Assembly: GCF_001194135.2 (NCBI RefSeq)
Contig: NC_069000.1
Location: 47,623,683-47,687,682, forward strand
Length of the DNA stretch: 64,000 nucleotides
Origin: Octopus bimaculoides
Lineage: Eukaryota
Reading direction: 5' to 3'
Positions 1 through 12,686 of the stretch are shown here, one piece after another. The notes beneath the pieces are model-generated. The model was not told where the DNA came from and searched no databases. It saw nothing but the letters and a program-made list of their open reading frames with translations. A program made the translations under genes and the position numbers. Each line of letters opens with the position of its first letter. Position 1 is the first letter of the stretch.

Positions 1-867
1 ACTCATTAAGTCCCAAACACTTAAAATATGCAAATGTGTTTTTTCTTATTAATTCTTTCTTAATCGACTATTGTTTATTATATATAATTACTTTTTTAGA
101 ATTACATATTTTTGTATATTTTCACTGTTTTGTTTTTCTAGATTTGTTTATTTGAACTTTAGATAATTTTATTTCCTTATAACTTAAACTGCCACAATTA
201 AGCCAGTTTTAGTGTTTCATTAAGTCATCTTAAACTTACATATATTAACAATTACTTAAATGTGAAATTCGTAATTATTTTAATATTAGGTTAATTAACA
301 GACAGTCCTAGTTTTAGATTAACTAACAGTTAGTCTTAATGTTAGATTCATTAAAACAAATCAACTCTGTTCCCATTTTAATCCAAATATTTCTGTTGTA
401 TTTCTCACAACATAGGAGGATCACAACACTAATGCCAGGAGCGAGAATATGTAGAGACTAGACACAAGAAGAGGACAACAAATTTAACGAACAATAACCC
501 TCCTCTAATTAAACACCAATGATAATGCCTCCTCTAATCAAACACCAACTGTATGGTCTTTTGTTTGGTCTTTTTTTTTTTTTATCATATTTGTCTTTTT
601 TACATGGCTTCATTATTTTCACTGCACTGTAGTGTGACACCTCAGTTTAACACATACTCACAATATTTAAGAATTAGATATATATAATATATATATGGAC
701 AGCATTTACAGGTTCAGTAAGGAATAAAACAAACCAGTTTGTGATATTTTGTTCTGAACCTTTATAGAACTGGTTCAAATCTGGCCATAGTCCTAATTGC
801 TTTCTTGGATTCACCCTTTCTCCATTTGTCTTCATGAAGGTGTTCTCACAATGAAATATCAAAGAAT

Positions 868-920
868 GTCCAACCCATGCTAGCATGGAAAGCGGACGTT
901 AAACGATGATGATGATGATG
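868..920 (+). repeat. 3' tail of RTE LINE/SINE family (...CCATGCTAGCATGGAAAGCGGACGTTAAACGATGATGAT)
   Basis: The same tail recurs at about 35320-35350, 51325-51365, 52150-52190, 26260-26295 and, reversed, at 17255-17300, 32975-33010 and 52830-52860. Confidence 0.7.
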
Positions 921-1552
921 TTTATATAGATATATATATATTACAAACTAAAAGCAGCTCTAGTAATATAAACATTATTGGTTGTACATATATTGCGTAT
1001 GTGTTTTGCTTACGCACCAAATTTGCTGTGGGATAGAAATCTAGGGAAATCTTCTTAAACGATGCCAAATGTTAAAAAAACACAAGTACTCTTTAACACT
1101 TGGCATCATGCAAACGATAATGTTCATATTACATGTACACACATCCTCTTGTTTCTTATCTGCATAATATATATATATGCTCACACATGCAACATCATTA
1201 TCATTTCACCAGTTCTTCAAATCTATTCAAATTAACTCTTCCTTTCGACAATTCAGGGAAACATGCCTTGCTTGTATTTTCTGTGACTGACTGTTATTTG
1301 TGTGTCCCCCAACCACTTCTTGGCAACACTAGAGAAATTGTTTGGATTCTGGCAAAATTAAGTTCTCTCATCTCTTTCCTTGTCTCCAAGCAATTTACAC
1401 CATGGACTGGGTGCATTGAATAATGGCACCATAAACAGAGAGGTCTCTTGTGTCCATTCGTTTGTTCTCCAATACAAGCAGGTTATCTCATCGCCTTCAG
1501 GTGTTCATGAGTGAATGAAGGACGATCAGAGTGAAGTCTTGAAGAGTAGAAG

Positions 1553-1560
<8 letters not shown>

Positions 1561-1608
<48 letters not shown>
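1561..1608. repeat. (AG)n microsatellite
   Basis: Pure AG dinucleotide run. Confidence 0.95.
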
Positions 1609-1611
<3 letters not shown>

Positions 1612-2065
1612 TTGACTGCAACATGACAATTATTTGTAGGATGATTGACTAGAAACTACATGTGGTGTGGTGGGGAAGTGAGAATGAGAGAGAGAGAGAG
1701 TAACGAGAGAATGAATGTATTGTTTAGTACTAAACATTTGGTGATGGGGAATGGGCGAATGCATGTGGCCAGATGTAGTGCTATCACTTATAGCAAGGCA
1801 ATATGGTGGGAGAGATAGAGTAGGGAGGTACAGTGATAGGAGAAGAGTGGGTGGTAGATGGAAGAAGAAGAAGAGAGAGAGAAGAAAAATGTAGGGGAAA
1901 TTAATAGAAATGCAGTGATTGATGAAACATATCAATCATAATTTCCATGTTTTTCTATGCCTGCAAGGATTGAGCAAGTCTTTCCAATACACTTCATATC
2001 AACTGTCATAGTTTCGTTTTTGTCATATATATATATATGTGTGTGTGTGTGTGTATATATGTGTG

Positions 2066-2096
<31 letters not shown>

Positions 2097-2509
2097 TAAA
2101 AAGGAAAATGTGTGAAGAATCTTTCAGTTGGTCTGGGACTGGTAATCAATGCCCTCCAATTCTTATATCCAAACCATGGAGATGATGTTGCTGCTGCTGA
2201 GTTGAAATTTTTGAAAATGTATTTAAAAATTTAATATGAAACTTAAAATAAAATTGAGCTCATATTGTATATTTGTCTTATTTTCTGGGGAAACATTTTT
2301 ACATAAAAAGATATTTTTATTGGAAATCAATTATTTTTCTATTTACTTTGCTTGGGTTTCTTCACTATTCCTCATTTCTTTGTTGGGAGGCAAAAAGAAA
2401 CAACTTCTGCAATGTGCAGCTGATCCTGGCCTCAAAAACAGTGATTTCAAATTAATTCCAATACTTTCAGAAGTTTGTCTTTATTAATTCTCATTCCAAA
2501 TGAATGGTG

Positions 2510-2830
2510 GTGTCCCTAGCAACTGAAGTTATTGGAATTTGAAAGGTATCTCTGTTTGAGTCAAAGGAATTCTTTGAACAAAAATATCTTCACATTTGGC
2601 ACGACCTGTCAAAGTTCTTCTTTCTTTGATATGTGGAACCCTTTGTCTTTACCACCACCAGGTAACTGTCATGACAAAGTTGAGCAGTAGGGGCTATGCT
2701 CATTTCTGAAGACGATCATTTTTCAAGATGAGCTGTTATGGAGATTCCAGAGGGAATCCCCAAATTAATTTCAAAACTCTATTCATCAATACAAAAGATC
2801 TTACCATGGAGTACAAGGATTGTTCCAGAA
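2510..2830 (-). mobile_element. Helitron PIF1-like helicase C-terminal remnant
   Basis: The - strand translates VPHIKERRTLTGRAKCEDIFVQRIPLTQTEIPFKFQ*LQL, matching Helitron helicase IEATILTG...GEDVFIPRIPL.P.D.PFxFxRLQFP. Contains a stop codon. Confidence 0.65.
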
Positions 2831-2981
2831 GAAAATCCAAACCAATATTTATCTTTTCATTTAAAAGCTAGCATAATACTTTTTGAAATCCATTGATGGC
2901 TATTTCCGTATTCATTTTCACCTTGTCTTCTCACCCATTGACTGCATCAAAACCCTCCACTCGGCAAACATGCACAGCTGG

Positions 2982-3182
2982 TTGCCCTTTTATATTCAGA
3001 TGTTATGAAATGTTCTGCTTATTTATTCACATTGTTTTGAAGAATCCATGTATAATCTCAGCTTTGAGATTTCAACTTGTTTAGAATGAGTAGGTGCGAA
3101 AGGCCTGATCTGGTCAGTTTGAACGTAAAACATGCAGAATATTCTGGGCCTGATTTGGTCAGTTTGAATATTAATGGATTAA
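2982..3182. mobile_element. MITE family B (about 200 bp, TTAA-type), degenerate
   Basis: Shares TGCTTATTTATTCACATTG...GATCTGG.CAGTTTGAA with 56004-56195 and 57945-58025. Confidence 0.5.
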
Positions 3183-4094
3183 TGTCCACCTGACAGTCGC
3201 TGTGTCCTTCTTAAAGAGCAGTTGTCATCAAACCTTAAACAAAGATGCAAAATCAAATTCCATTGTTTTCAGTGATTCAGTTAAAACAACGTTTGATGTG
3301 AAAAGCAGGAGACACTTTGGAGCCCTTTTTGCATTGCATGGGTGTCCCCTCTTCACTTGGGTGGAGTGTGTTGAAGGGCTTCACACACCTTCAACATTTC
3401 AATATTATTAAGGGACAAGTACATCTTGCCAACTGTATTATCTTGATTGATCAGTCACAGAAGAGTTTGGCAAATTCATTAAATTGACTAAGTTGAAAGT
3501 TATGCTCTCTGTTTGGACTTGTCAATTCTTCTTTCAATGAGATTGTGAAGGTTTTTCTATAATAAACTGTTTTGTAGATGAGCATCAAAGTACATCATGT
3601 TTAGGTGGCATTCATAGATGGGAAATTGCAGAGTTCTTCACACCCGCTCCTAATTAGTCCTAATGTGTGTGCCAGTCAGGGAAAGCATAACATCACCACT
3701 ATAATTTGAAAGTGGATCTTGAACTAAATAAATCACTTTCTCTGTTTCCCTATTTGTAAACATACTTAATAGAATTGCTGGAATTTCCAAACTTCAGGTT
3801 GTGTTTTTAAAAGACCTTTGAAAACCGTAACCAGAAAATATTTTGGACTATTTATTGTTTGTCTTTCTTCAATAGTAGAATTTCTGTGTTTGGTTCTGGC
3901 CACAAATCCTCTCTCATCTGGTTTCTTCCTTATTTACAATGGGTGACTGTAACTAACAAGTGTTTCTCAGCCAGAAATCAATGCAGATACCTTTTTGTAC
4001 GTTTCTTATCTTTCAAGCCAATTGCCCACTTACAAGTAACACTATTGTGACATGTATCGATGCAATTCTTTCTGTCCCACTTTCTATCAATTCT

Positions 4095-4650
4095 AGCATG
4101 CCCCCAGGGTTCAGTTTTCTCCCCTCCCCTCTTCCTTTTCTACATCAATGACTTCCCACCACATCCAACAACACTCCCCCCCCCCTAACACAGATTATCT
4201 TACTTTTCATTCTTCTCTTACCTTTCTCAACCACATATCATCCTCTTTCAACCAAGACACCATATGCAAAACCTGCACTGATTTCATGAATGGAACCCCT
4301 GAGGGCTTCGTCCAGTGGGGACCGTGTGCTAATTTTGTCTCTTTCAACAGCAAGAAGACACAAATGCTGCTACTCATAACAACAAATCTTCACCACTGCC
4401 ACTGCTCTCTTTAATCAAGACCTTTAACTGGAGCAGCCCTCAAAACAGTTCCAAATGTTGGGTCTCCAGGTGACAGAACATCCTTAACGAAGCTGGTATC
4501 ACATCCAAACAACTACTCCCTCAGTTGAGAGACTATCATCCAGTTCACTTCCATGGATCCTTTCTTCCAACCAGAATGGCCAGCCACAGTTTTGCCATTC
4601 TACATAGCATCATGAAACAGCAAACTTTTCTGAATGGAGATTCTTCTTTA
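4095..4650 (+). mobile_element. CR1/L2/Jockey-like LINE reverse transcriptase remnant
   Basis: PQGSVFSPPLFLFYINDFP (RT motif), NTDYLTFHSS (decayed YADD), VQWG...VSFNSKKTQ. Frameshifted. Confidence 0.65.
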
Positions 4651-5989
4651 ACAGCATTTTCAGTTTAATTACTTTTAATTACCTTTAATCTCACCATCAG
4701 CTTGGCCTTCTGTGATACTATGCTTACCAATATTTACTGGACTTTCATTGTTCTTCAACTGGTTTTTTTGTCTGACCAAAGGTAAGACACTCGAATTCCA
4801 TCATTGTATACACAACCCCTTTGCTTCAAAAAGTTTACAAACACAAGTTCCATAGGCTATATCGATATCTTCTACTACTACCCCCCCTCCTGCTACTACC
4901 CCCTCCTGCTACTAATACTACTACTTCATGCTACTGCTGCTGCCACTACTACTGCTGTAAAAAGCATATCAATCCTTCAGGTTCCATTATAGTCTTATTA
5001 TATACGGCAAAGAGCCCCACGGCTCCTGAGAGGGAGGTACATCACACCACCTGGTCCTAAAGATGTATTTAATGGCAGCATTTTGTTGCCAAGCTTCTGA
5101 CAAAAGCTGACCATCACTTGTCAATGCATCATTACTTCTCTTTACACTTCCCCATAATGACTAACAACACAAGTAAACTCCCTGAACAATTTGCCCTCAT
5201 ATTTTGCAATATCCTTTTTACCTCATTCCAATCTAGAACCCACTCGTTACCGCTTACTCATTCTATTCTTTTCTCTTATACAAACCTCTCAACCTCTGTC
5301 TCTAATTCATGCCTGCTGTCCAGACTCTTTTTCTAAGGTCACCATGAAACGTAGTGTCTGCACTGAAGTAGACTATATACCTGTCGTTCACTTCTCTCAC
5401 CTAGTTATCAGTAAGAATTATTTCCAGTTTCAAAACATTTCTAAACAGTATCTACCGTTTTCCTAACACTTTGACTCTCTGGCATCTCTTCGACCATTAT
5501 CTCCAGTATTTAGGCATCTATATTTCACTTTATTTCTCTTTGACATTATCGTATTCTAAAAATTCAAAGTTCTCAATTCCTCTGAGCTCTCACAATCATC
5601 CCACGTTAGTAAGACCTATGTACAAAGTGAATATTTTACAATCTTTGATTCTGTGATAGATGCTTCATACAACCCTCAAACTACAATTGATCCTCCTGGT
5701 CCTTTACAAAAAGAATATCTGCCAACTTTACAGAATCCCCCTTTCCTCCATTTCACTCCAGTGAGTTCTGTGAGCAGTAACCCACATCATGACCCCTACT
5801 GCATGGAGAAGGACTCTGCACTCCCCCACCCCCACATACAGACAAGCCATATGAAAAAGTACCTCCAACTATTTGAAATGAAGGTCACCAATCTTGGCAG
5901 TGTTCCTTCTTTTACCCCCCCCCCCAAAATTGTGTCCCACATCCAGTTCCTATATTCATAACTCATCAATCTCTCTCTCTCCCTCTTTA

Positions 5990-6440
5990 CAGGGATCTAT
6001 TCTGATCTCAGGAAACCTGCCATGCTGAGAGCCGTTCCCAAGAAAGGCTGCCCCTTTCACCCTGTCCTACTCATTTGCAGTACTTTTATGGAAATTGTCA
6101 TTAACCAAAACACCCTCCAACACTTTCAATCTCTCTCCCACCCATTAATGACCCCTGGTGACCTAGTTTTCTCTGCCATCCATCAGTAGATACTCACCCT
6201 AGTGTTACTACTGTTGATGTCTCAAAGCTTATCACCAAGTCTAACACAAAAATCTCTTCTGGATTCCACCCCAATCTCCCATCTCTGCAATTGCTGTCTG
6301 GTTGTTCCTTGGGTATGCTTCAAGGTTTATTTTTGTCCCCTACCCTTCTTACTGCTAATGACTGACTTGTCACCATCTCCATTAATGCTCTCTTACACAG
6401 ATTGCATGACATTCCATTCTTCCCCAACCTTGCAACCTTA
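5990..6440 (+). mobile_element. CR1-like LINE RT remnant
   Basis: AVPKKG, FMEIVINQNTLQHFQS, GMLQG..LSPTLL, LSYTDCMTFHSS correspond to decayed CR1-type RT motifs. Confidence 0.55.
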
Positions 6441-6841
6441 ACATGTCAAGCATAAACTAATTCCAGAAACAGACTTCTAATTGAGATATATCAGTTTTTG
6501 TGCTTTTCAATGATAAACACAACAGAAATCCAGAAGACATCATTAACCCCTCCCCTTCCTCCATCCTGAACTCAACTCTTCTTCACAGTTGGCTGGACTC
6601 TTGCCTTCCCCACTCAAGCATTCTACTCTCCCCACTCACATCTCCTTGACGTCACTCTTGTTATATCTGACCCTACACTCAGTCCTTCCCTCACTTGTTC
6701 AGGGAGAACATGTAGTGACCATAGGCTTTGTCTCTTTTTTCAGCTTTAGCAAAGGAAAGCAAAAATGTTAGAGACATTCCATCAATGAAGACAACTGAAT
6801 CAGTTCCATAATCCTCTCTTTTATTTAAAAACTCCTTCTTT

Positions 6842-7065
6842 TTAACCCTTTTGTTACCATATTTCTGTTGAGATGTTCTCTGTTTCTTTCAATTAATTTT
6901 AAATATAACAAAGAATTTAGTAAAATAGCTTAGTTATCATTAAGCTGGTGTTAGGAACATAAATTATGATTAAGGATTAGTGGAAGATTTTAATTCAAAA
7001 CTTTTGAAAACAACACATTTGTACCCCAGAGCCAGGGGTGGTCAGGTTGGTATCAAAAGGGTTAA
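6842..7065. mobile_element. piggyBac-type MITE family A, copy 1 (TTAA-flanked)
   Basis: TTAA-CCCTTTTGTTAC ... ATCAAAAGGG-TTAA. The body is the reverse complement of 13808-14038. Confidence 0.75.
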
Positions 7066-9023
7066 TTTGCATTTTTGTTGATTCCAGATAGTTTCCTCTT
7101 TGCTCTTCAGTCATGCTTCCTCACCATTCACTTCATTTTCTCAGATTCATTGTCAGCCATTTTAAACTATTTTTCTTCTCAAACTTCTCCAGAATCTTCT
7201 TTCAAGAGGAATGGCCTAAATAAGGATTTACTTTTCAGTTCCAAACTAAAAATAACATTTTTTACCTTTTTAGATACAAATTTCTTGTAATTAATATAGA
7301 AAATAATTATAATTACCTACTGAAACCTGTGGCACTTTGTTGCATCTAAATTGTATTGTTTGTGGCTGCTTCTTAATTCAGGTGGAATGTAGAAAAAAAA
7401 AAATCCTTTCTTTGAAATGAAACCAAAATCTTTTTTTTAATACCAAAAATATTAAAAAATTTTTGTCTTTTCTCTTCTTTTTCCTGTTTTTTTTTCCCTA
7501 AAAGTCTTTGGTTTAATATCTTTAGTTCTTGCCATAAAATTTATCCAAATTTCAAGATTCCAGTTTTTTTGCTGTCAGTAATTCTTCCAAAATTTAGAAA
7601 CCATTTCAAGAAAAAAAAAATAGTCAGAACTGAAATCTGTTGTAAAAATCTGTAAAGAACGAACATGTTGAGGTGCTTTCTCAGTTGTTGTAGTTTGAAA
7701 ATTGTTTAAATTATTGCAAAATTGATTAGACAGGATCCTCAGTTGCTCTTTGAATTGTTGTTGATAATGGAATTATTGATGACATTGCTGTTGATGAAAA
7801 TGAAGACAGCAGGGTTTGTCAAATTTGTCAGGTGTGTTCGTTTTATTGTCGTTAAGTCAGTTTGTTGATAAAGACAGACAGGAGACTGCGTGTTTCACAT
7901 GGTGATTGTGGAGTATTAATGGTGCCAGGGTCACTAGCAAAACTTGTACAATTTAAAATATGGGATTCAGAGAGGCTGTGCAACAGAGATAAATGAACAT
8001 TGAGGTTTGGTGTTGTTATGAAGTCCCAAGCCTACAATTTACAAGTAATTGTTGGCCAAACCACCAGGTAGGACTCACAAATGCCACCACCCCTATCTTA
8101 CACATCCATCTTTCAGTTTTCACACAGAAGTTTCCTTGCTCTGTGTTCCAGTGAGATTGTCTGACCTGTGACTTTACCGAACTCCAAACATGACATCCCT
8201 ACCCTGCACACTGCCTCCCTCACTACTACAAAATCTTCATCACTGATACCTCTAACAATACAAATTGCTGCATACATCATACACTGCCTTTCTTAAATGA
8301 TCTTGGCAACATTCTGAAATGGTGGCCCTGACTCCACCTTTGAAGAGTGTGTTTTGTCTTTCACCCCCTCTACTTATCAACCATTCAGAACCAAACCATT
8401 AAGAATCAATAGAAATTTTGGACATGTTAATGATTCTGTAGACATAACGTTGAGAAAACATTTTTAACAGAATTAGATTTGGGTACAGCTCCTTGGTTTC
8501 TACAAATAGCTAAGTCTCCCTTGGACTCTTCATCACTTAAACACACTTCTCTATGCTTGGTGGAAATGTTATTTAATGTCCAGTGTTTATATGCTGCACA
8601 TAGATAAGGTGTTGGTCTGCTTATTCGTGACTCAGGGTTTTGTTGCCATGGCAGGTTTTCTGTTGTTAAAAGAGCTCCATTCTAATTAAAATCAAATTAC
8701 TTACTTGCCCTGTGCCAGAATGAGATGATCTGGTCTGGCTGACTAGACATTCAATTTGTTCTGGTGCTGGAGGCACACACATACACATAGAAATATACTT
8801 AGAGAGAGAACGAGAGCAAGAGAAACATGAAAATGTCTGATGTCAAATCAGCAATCCAAAATATCTCCCATTTGCCCTGTACTCACGCCTTACTTAGAAG
8901 CTTCTATACTAACCATAAACATGTATATTTACAATAGGCTTTCTCTATTCACTAAAGGTAGCTGGTGTATTTACTACATGTTCATGTACTCACTGTATAT
9001 ACGTAAACTTCTTATATTTTCAG

Positions 9024-9193
9024 ATAGAGAACCAACACAAAATTGAAAGAGAGAAACACAAGCAACAACTGATCGATGCATCAAAAAAGAGTCTAGTTTC
9101 AAACCCTGAGCAATTCAACTGCCCCGTGTGTTTTGACGATATTCCTCCTGGTGATGGAATCATTCTTCAGGGATGTCTGCACATGTTCTGCAA
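9024..9193 (+). CDS. RBCK1: HOIL-1L/RBCK1-like RBR E3 ligase, first visible exon (linker + start of RING1)
   Basis: ttttcag acceptor, gtaagt donor. Translates IENQHKIEREKHKQQLIDASKKSLVSNPEQFNCPVCFDDIPPGDGIILQGCLHMFCK, matching the HOIL-1 RING1 pattern CPVC...CLHxFC. Ends in phase 2. Confidence 0.93.
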
Positions 9194-10048
9194 GTAAGTA
9201 GTTACAAGACACAGTTTGGCTGTCGTAATATTCTGCACCAATAGATCTCACTCATTTCAGTTTTAATGAGTACCACCTGTTGTTTAATCAATGAAACTAA
9301 GAACCCTAATCACCATCTGATTGGCCTCCTTCACACACTTCCTGTCAACCCAGTCTAACACTTGGCTCCAAACCAGGAACTTGTTAACCATTTGTAAATG
9401 GGCTAAAATGTGATGGGTAATTGGGTGTGTTATCATCCATAAATTAATAAAAGAGTTTGTGGACTCTTTTAATGATTTTTTTTAGTTGTAATGAGTGAAG
9501 AATTTTAATTTTCAGATAAATGATATTGTCATTGCTTTTCCTAACCAAAGTGATGCGATAATTACAACCTCCTCACAAATTACAAATAATTACAAACTCC
9601 TCAAACTCTTACACGCTCCCCTTCATCTTATATATTGCAGTACATCAACTTTTTCCTTTGCCAAGTATTTGACTCTTATATCTTGCAATTCCAATTTATT
9701 GTAGAGCTTAAAACCTATCACACTTCAAATTGAAAGTCTGTGATGACCTTATGAGAAGTCAGCCTTAAAATCTTAACGGGATGGTTGCTGTGGTTGTGGT
9801 AGGGTTAGCGTCATCATTATCTCCCTTTAATGTCCCCATTCTGGGTTAGCATGACGGGAGTCGGTTGTTATTTGGAGTTACTGCTCTTGTAGGTATGGTT
9901 CTTTGATCCAATTTCCATTTTATATTGGAATGGTTTCTACCGTCAGAAATTTAAGTTCTACTGTCAAATCAAGTTATAATGTAGAAAGTTTATGACTGAA
10001 CCAGGAAAGACTCCAACACAAATCCATCTGTTTTTCTCTTCTTTCCAG

Positions 10049-10160
10049 GCAGTGTCTAAATGATGCAGTTTACCATAATGACTCTGGAGATGCCAGATGT
10101 CTTTTCCAGAACGAAGAATACAAATGTGATGCAAAGATTCCTGAACGTGTCATCAAATCT
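10049..10160 (+). CDS. RBCK1: RBCK1-like exon (end of RING1)
   Basis: ctttccag acceptor, gtgagt donor, phase 2 in and phase 0 out. (K)QCLNDAVYHNDSGDARCLFQNEEYKCDAKIPERVIKS aligns to the HOIL-1 ECL...[22 protein letters not shown] region. Confidence 0.9.
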
Positions 10161-10499
10161 GTGAGTAAAGTATAGTTCTGTTGTAAACAGCAGAAGTGTG
10201 TTTACTGCGAAGAGAGATACTCAATTATAGATTAATTGATGTTAATTAATGATGGCAGTTGGATGATGTTAGGTGCAGGTTGTTCTTTACAGTGTGAATG
10301 TGTGCCATAAACAATCTCTTTATAATCTGTGTGTGTGTGCGGTATACAGTACACTGACTTTGGTGCTTCTGATTGTATTTCATAGCTGGTGGTAAACAGG
10401 AACTGCCTGGTTTTATGACATTCTGTCTCTTTAGAATATTTCTGAAAAATAAATGTTACAGGAATGCTACTCTGTGTTTTTGTGTGCATATTGAATGTA

Positions 10500-11740
10500 A
10501 AATTTTGAGTGAGAGGCCTTTTGTTGCCAGCAGAGGTAGGAGCTTACTGAACTTTGCCCAGGCTATCCTTATTCTAGCAGCTATGCTCTCAGAGCATCCA
10601 CCCCCACTACAGACTTGATCACCTAGATAGCGAGAGCTATTAACTATGCCTAGTTTTTCCCCCTAGCATGTGATGAAATCTGTTTTCTGTACATTTTTGG
10701 TGTTTAGTGTACCTGGGCATCTTTCACACACAAAAACTTTCCCGGTTAACTTTCTTTTGATAGTGCTGCACCTCTTATGTGTCCATAGCTTACACCGGGT
10801 ACATCTTATGGAGTTTCTACCTCATGCCTTTTCTACTGATCAAGCAGGACCATCTACCTGAAGGGGTTTGTGATTTGTCTGCCTTCCTACTTGCTAGGAC
10901 TTTGGTTTTGGCTAGGTTAACTCTAAGGCCTTTCGATTCTAGATCTTGCTTCCACACCTGAAACTTCATCTCTAGTTCTGGCAGTGACTCAGCTATTAGA
11001 GCAATGTCATCAGCATAGAGGAGCATCCTGTCTTGAATTCCTTTGTTATTGCCTGGAGGACTATGATGATCCTTGGTGAACCCCTACTTCTACCTGGAAT
11101 TCTTCACTATACTCATTGCCAACCCTCACCTTACTGACAGCATCTCAGTACAGGGCTTGTACAGCTCTTACCAATCACTCATCTATCCCTAGTTTCCATA
11201 TTGACCACCAGATAAGGGATCAGGAGACCCTGTCAAAGGCTTTCTCCAAGTCAACAAAAGCCAAGTACAGATGTTTATCTTTGGCGATGCATTCTCTTGC
11301 AGCTGCCTTACCAGAAATATAGCATCAGTAGTATTTCTACCTGCATCTCATCTAGGCTAACTGTCTCCCTAATTAGTTGGGCTGTGACCCTCTCCGTAAC
11401 TTTCATCACCTGATCCAACAATTTGATACTCCTGTAGCTATTTCTATCTAAAGCATCACCTTTACCTTTGTAGCAGTTGACTATGGTGCTGCTACACCAG
11501 TCATTGGGTATGACTCCTTCATGAGCTACCTGATTTACAATATGGGTGACTAGACCCTAACCCACACTGCCAGATATTTTAAGCATCTCAGCGCTGATTC
11601 TTGATAGGTCGGGGGCTTTCCCTGTCTTCATATGCATAATTGCTTTATCTACCAGGGTACTTTCGATTCAGGTAGCTGGTCCCTCAATTAGGTCAACCAT
11701 TAGCAGACTCTCCTCCCATTCATTCTCCATGATCACCCTT
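10500..11740 (-). mobile_element. RTE-clade LINE ORF2 fragment (RT + Cys/His finger + thumb)
   Basis: KTGKAP...PNDWCSS, VHQGS, LLYADDIALIAESLPELEMKFQVWK...KGLRVNLAKTK, CTRCKLWTHKRC, RYLGDQVCSGGGCSESIAARIRIAWAKF. Has stops and frameshifts. Confidence 0.9.
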
Positions 11741-11793
11741 TTTTTTCTCTCTCCATATATACATACAAACATACATTATCTTTGTTTTTGCAG

Positions 11794-12072
11794 TTGGTTT
11801 CAGATGAAGTGTATAAACGCTATTTATACCTTGGAATCCAGCGAGCAGAGTCTACAATCAACAATAGCTTCCACTGTAAAACTCCAAACTGCCGAGGCTG
11901 GTGCATATACGAGGATGATGTGAACTTCTTTCCATGCCCTGTGTGTCAACACACCAACTGTTTGACCTGTAAATCGATTCATGAAGGTAAAAACTGCAAA
12001 GAGTTCCAGGATGACTTAAATCGAGCGTCTCGCCAAAATGCTAATGCAGAGCGGACTAAAATATACTTAACG
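11794..12072 (+). CDS. RBCK1: RBCK1-like exon (IBR domain)
   Basis: tttgcag acceptor, gtaagc donor, 279 nt. [75 protein letters not shown]... is the HOIL-1 IBR signature. Confidence 0.95.
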
Positions 12073-12686
12073 GTAAGCAAACGTTAATTATAAGCTAATT
12101 AATAGAGATGACCAAGCATCTGACTAGATGCTTTACTCTGTGTCTAGTTTTGGATTAAAAGTCACTGTCGTTCTTCCAACCAGATTAAGGAAATAAATAC
12201 TATTTATGGCATTATCCCATAATTCCATCTGATCTTAATGTATTTAGGAATAGCCATCTTGCTAGATCTAATTCCCCTCCAAGCTGATGAATTTTAACTC
12301 ATCACCTACAACACACTACTACTACTACAACTACGAGAGCAATCCTTGGTGAATCCCTACTTCTACCTGGAATTCTTCACTATACTTGTTGTCAACCCTC
12401 CCTACTACTGCAACTACTAGAGCAATTCCAATAATTGTTTTAGGTTCTCAATTATAGTTGGGGATGATAGGGGCATCGGCCCCAGAAATTATCATTAAAA
12501 TGTTTTGTAAAACACCATATTAACTTCGTGTTGTGTTCCCAGTATTTAGTGACAAAACATGAAACTGGTTGAGTATTCCTTAGTCATTTGTATTTAATAC
12601 CTCATGCTATCAAATTCTTTAACCCTATCATGCCATGTTCCCAGTATACCGAGAACAGCCTGAATGAAATCTCTATTGGATTCCCG

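Noticed and set aside
1-9023. Upstream RBCK1 exons (UBL/NZF)
   Set aside because: No NZF (W.C..CTF.N) or UBL exon with valid splice sites was found by eye. They probably lie upstream of the window, but a short divergent exon could have been missed.
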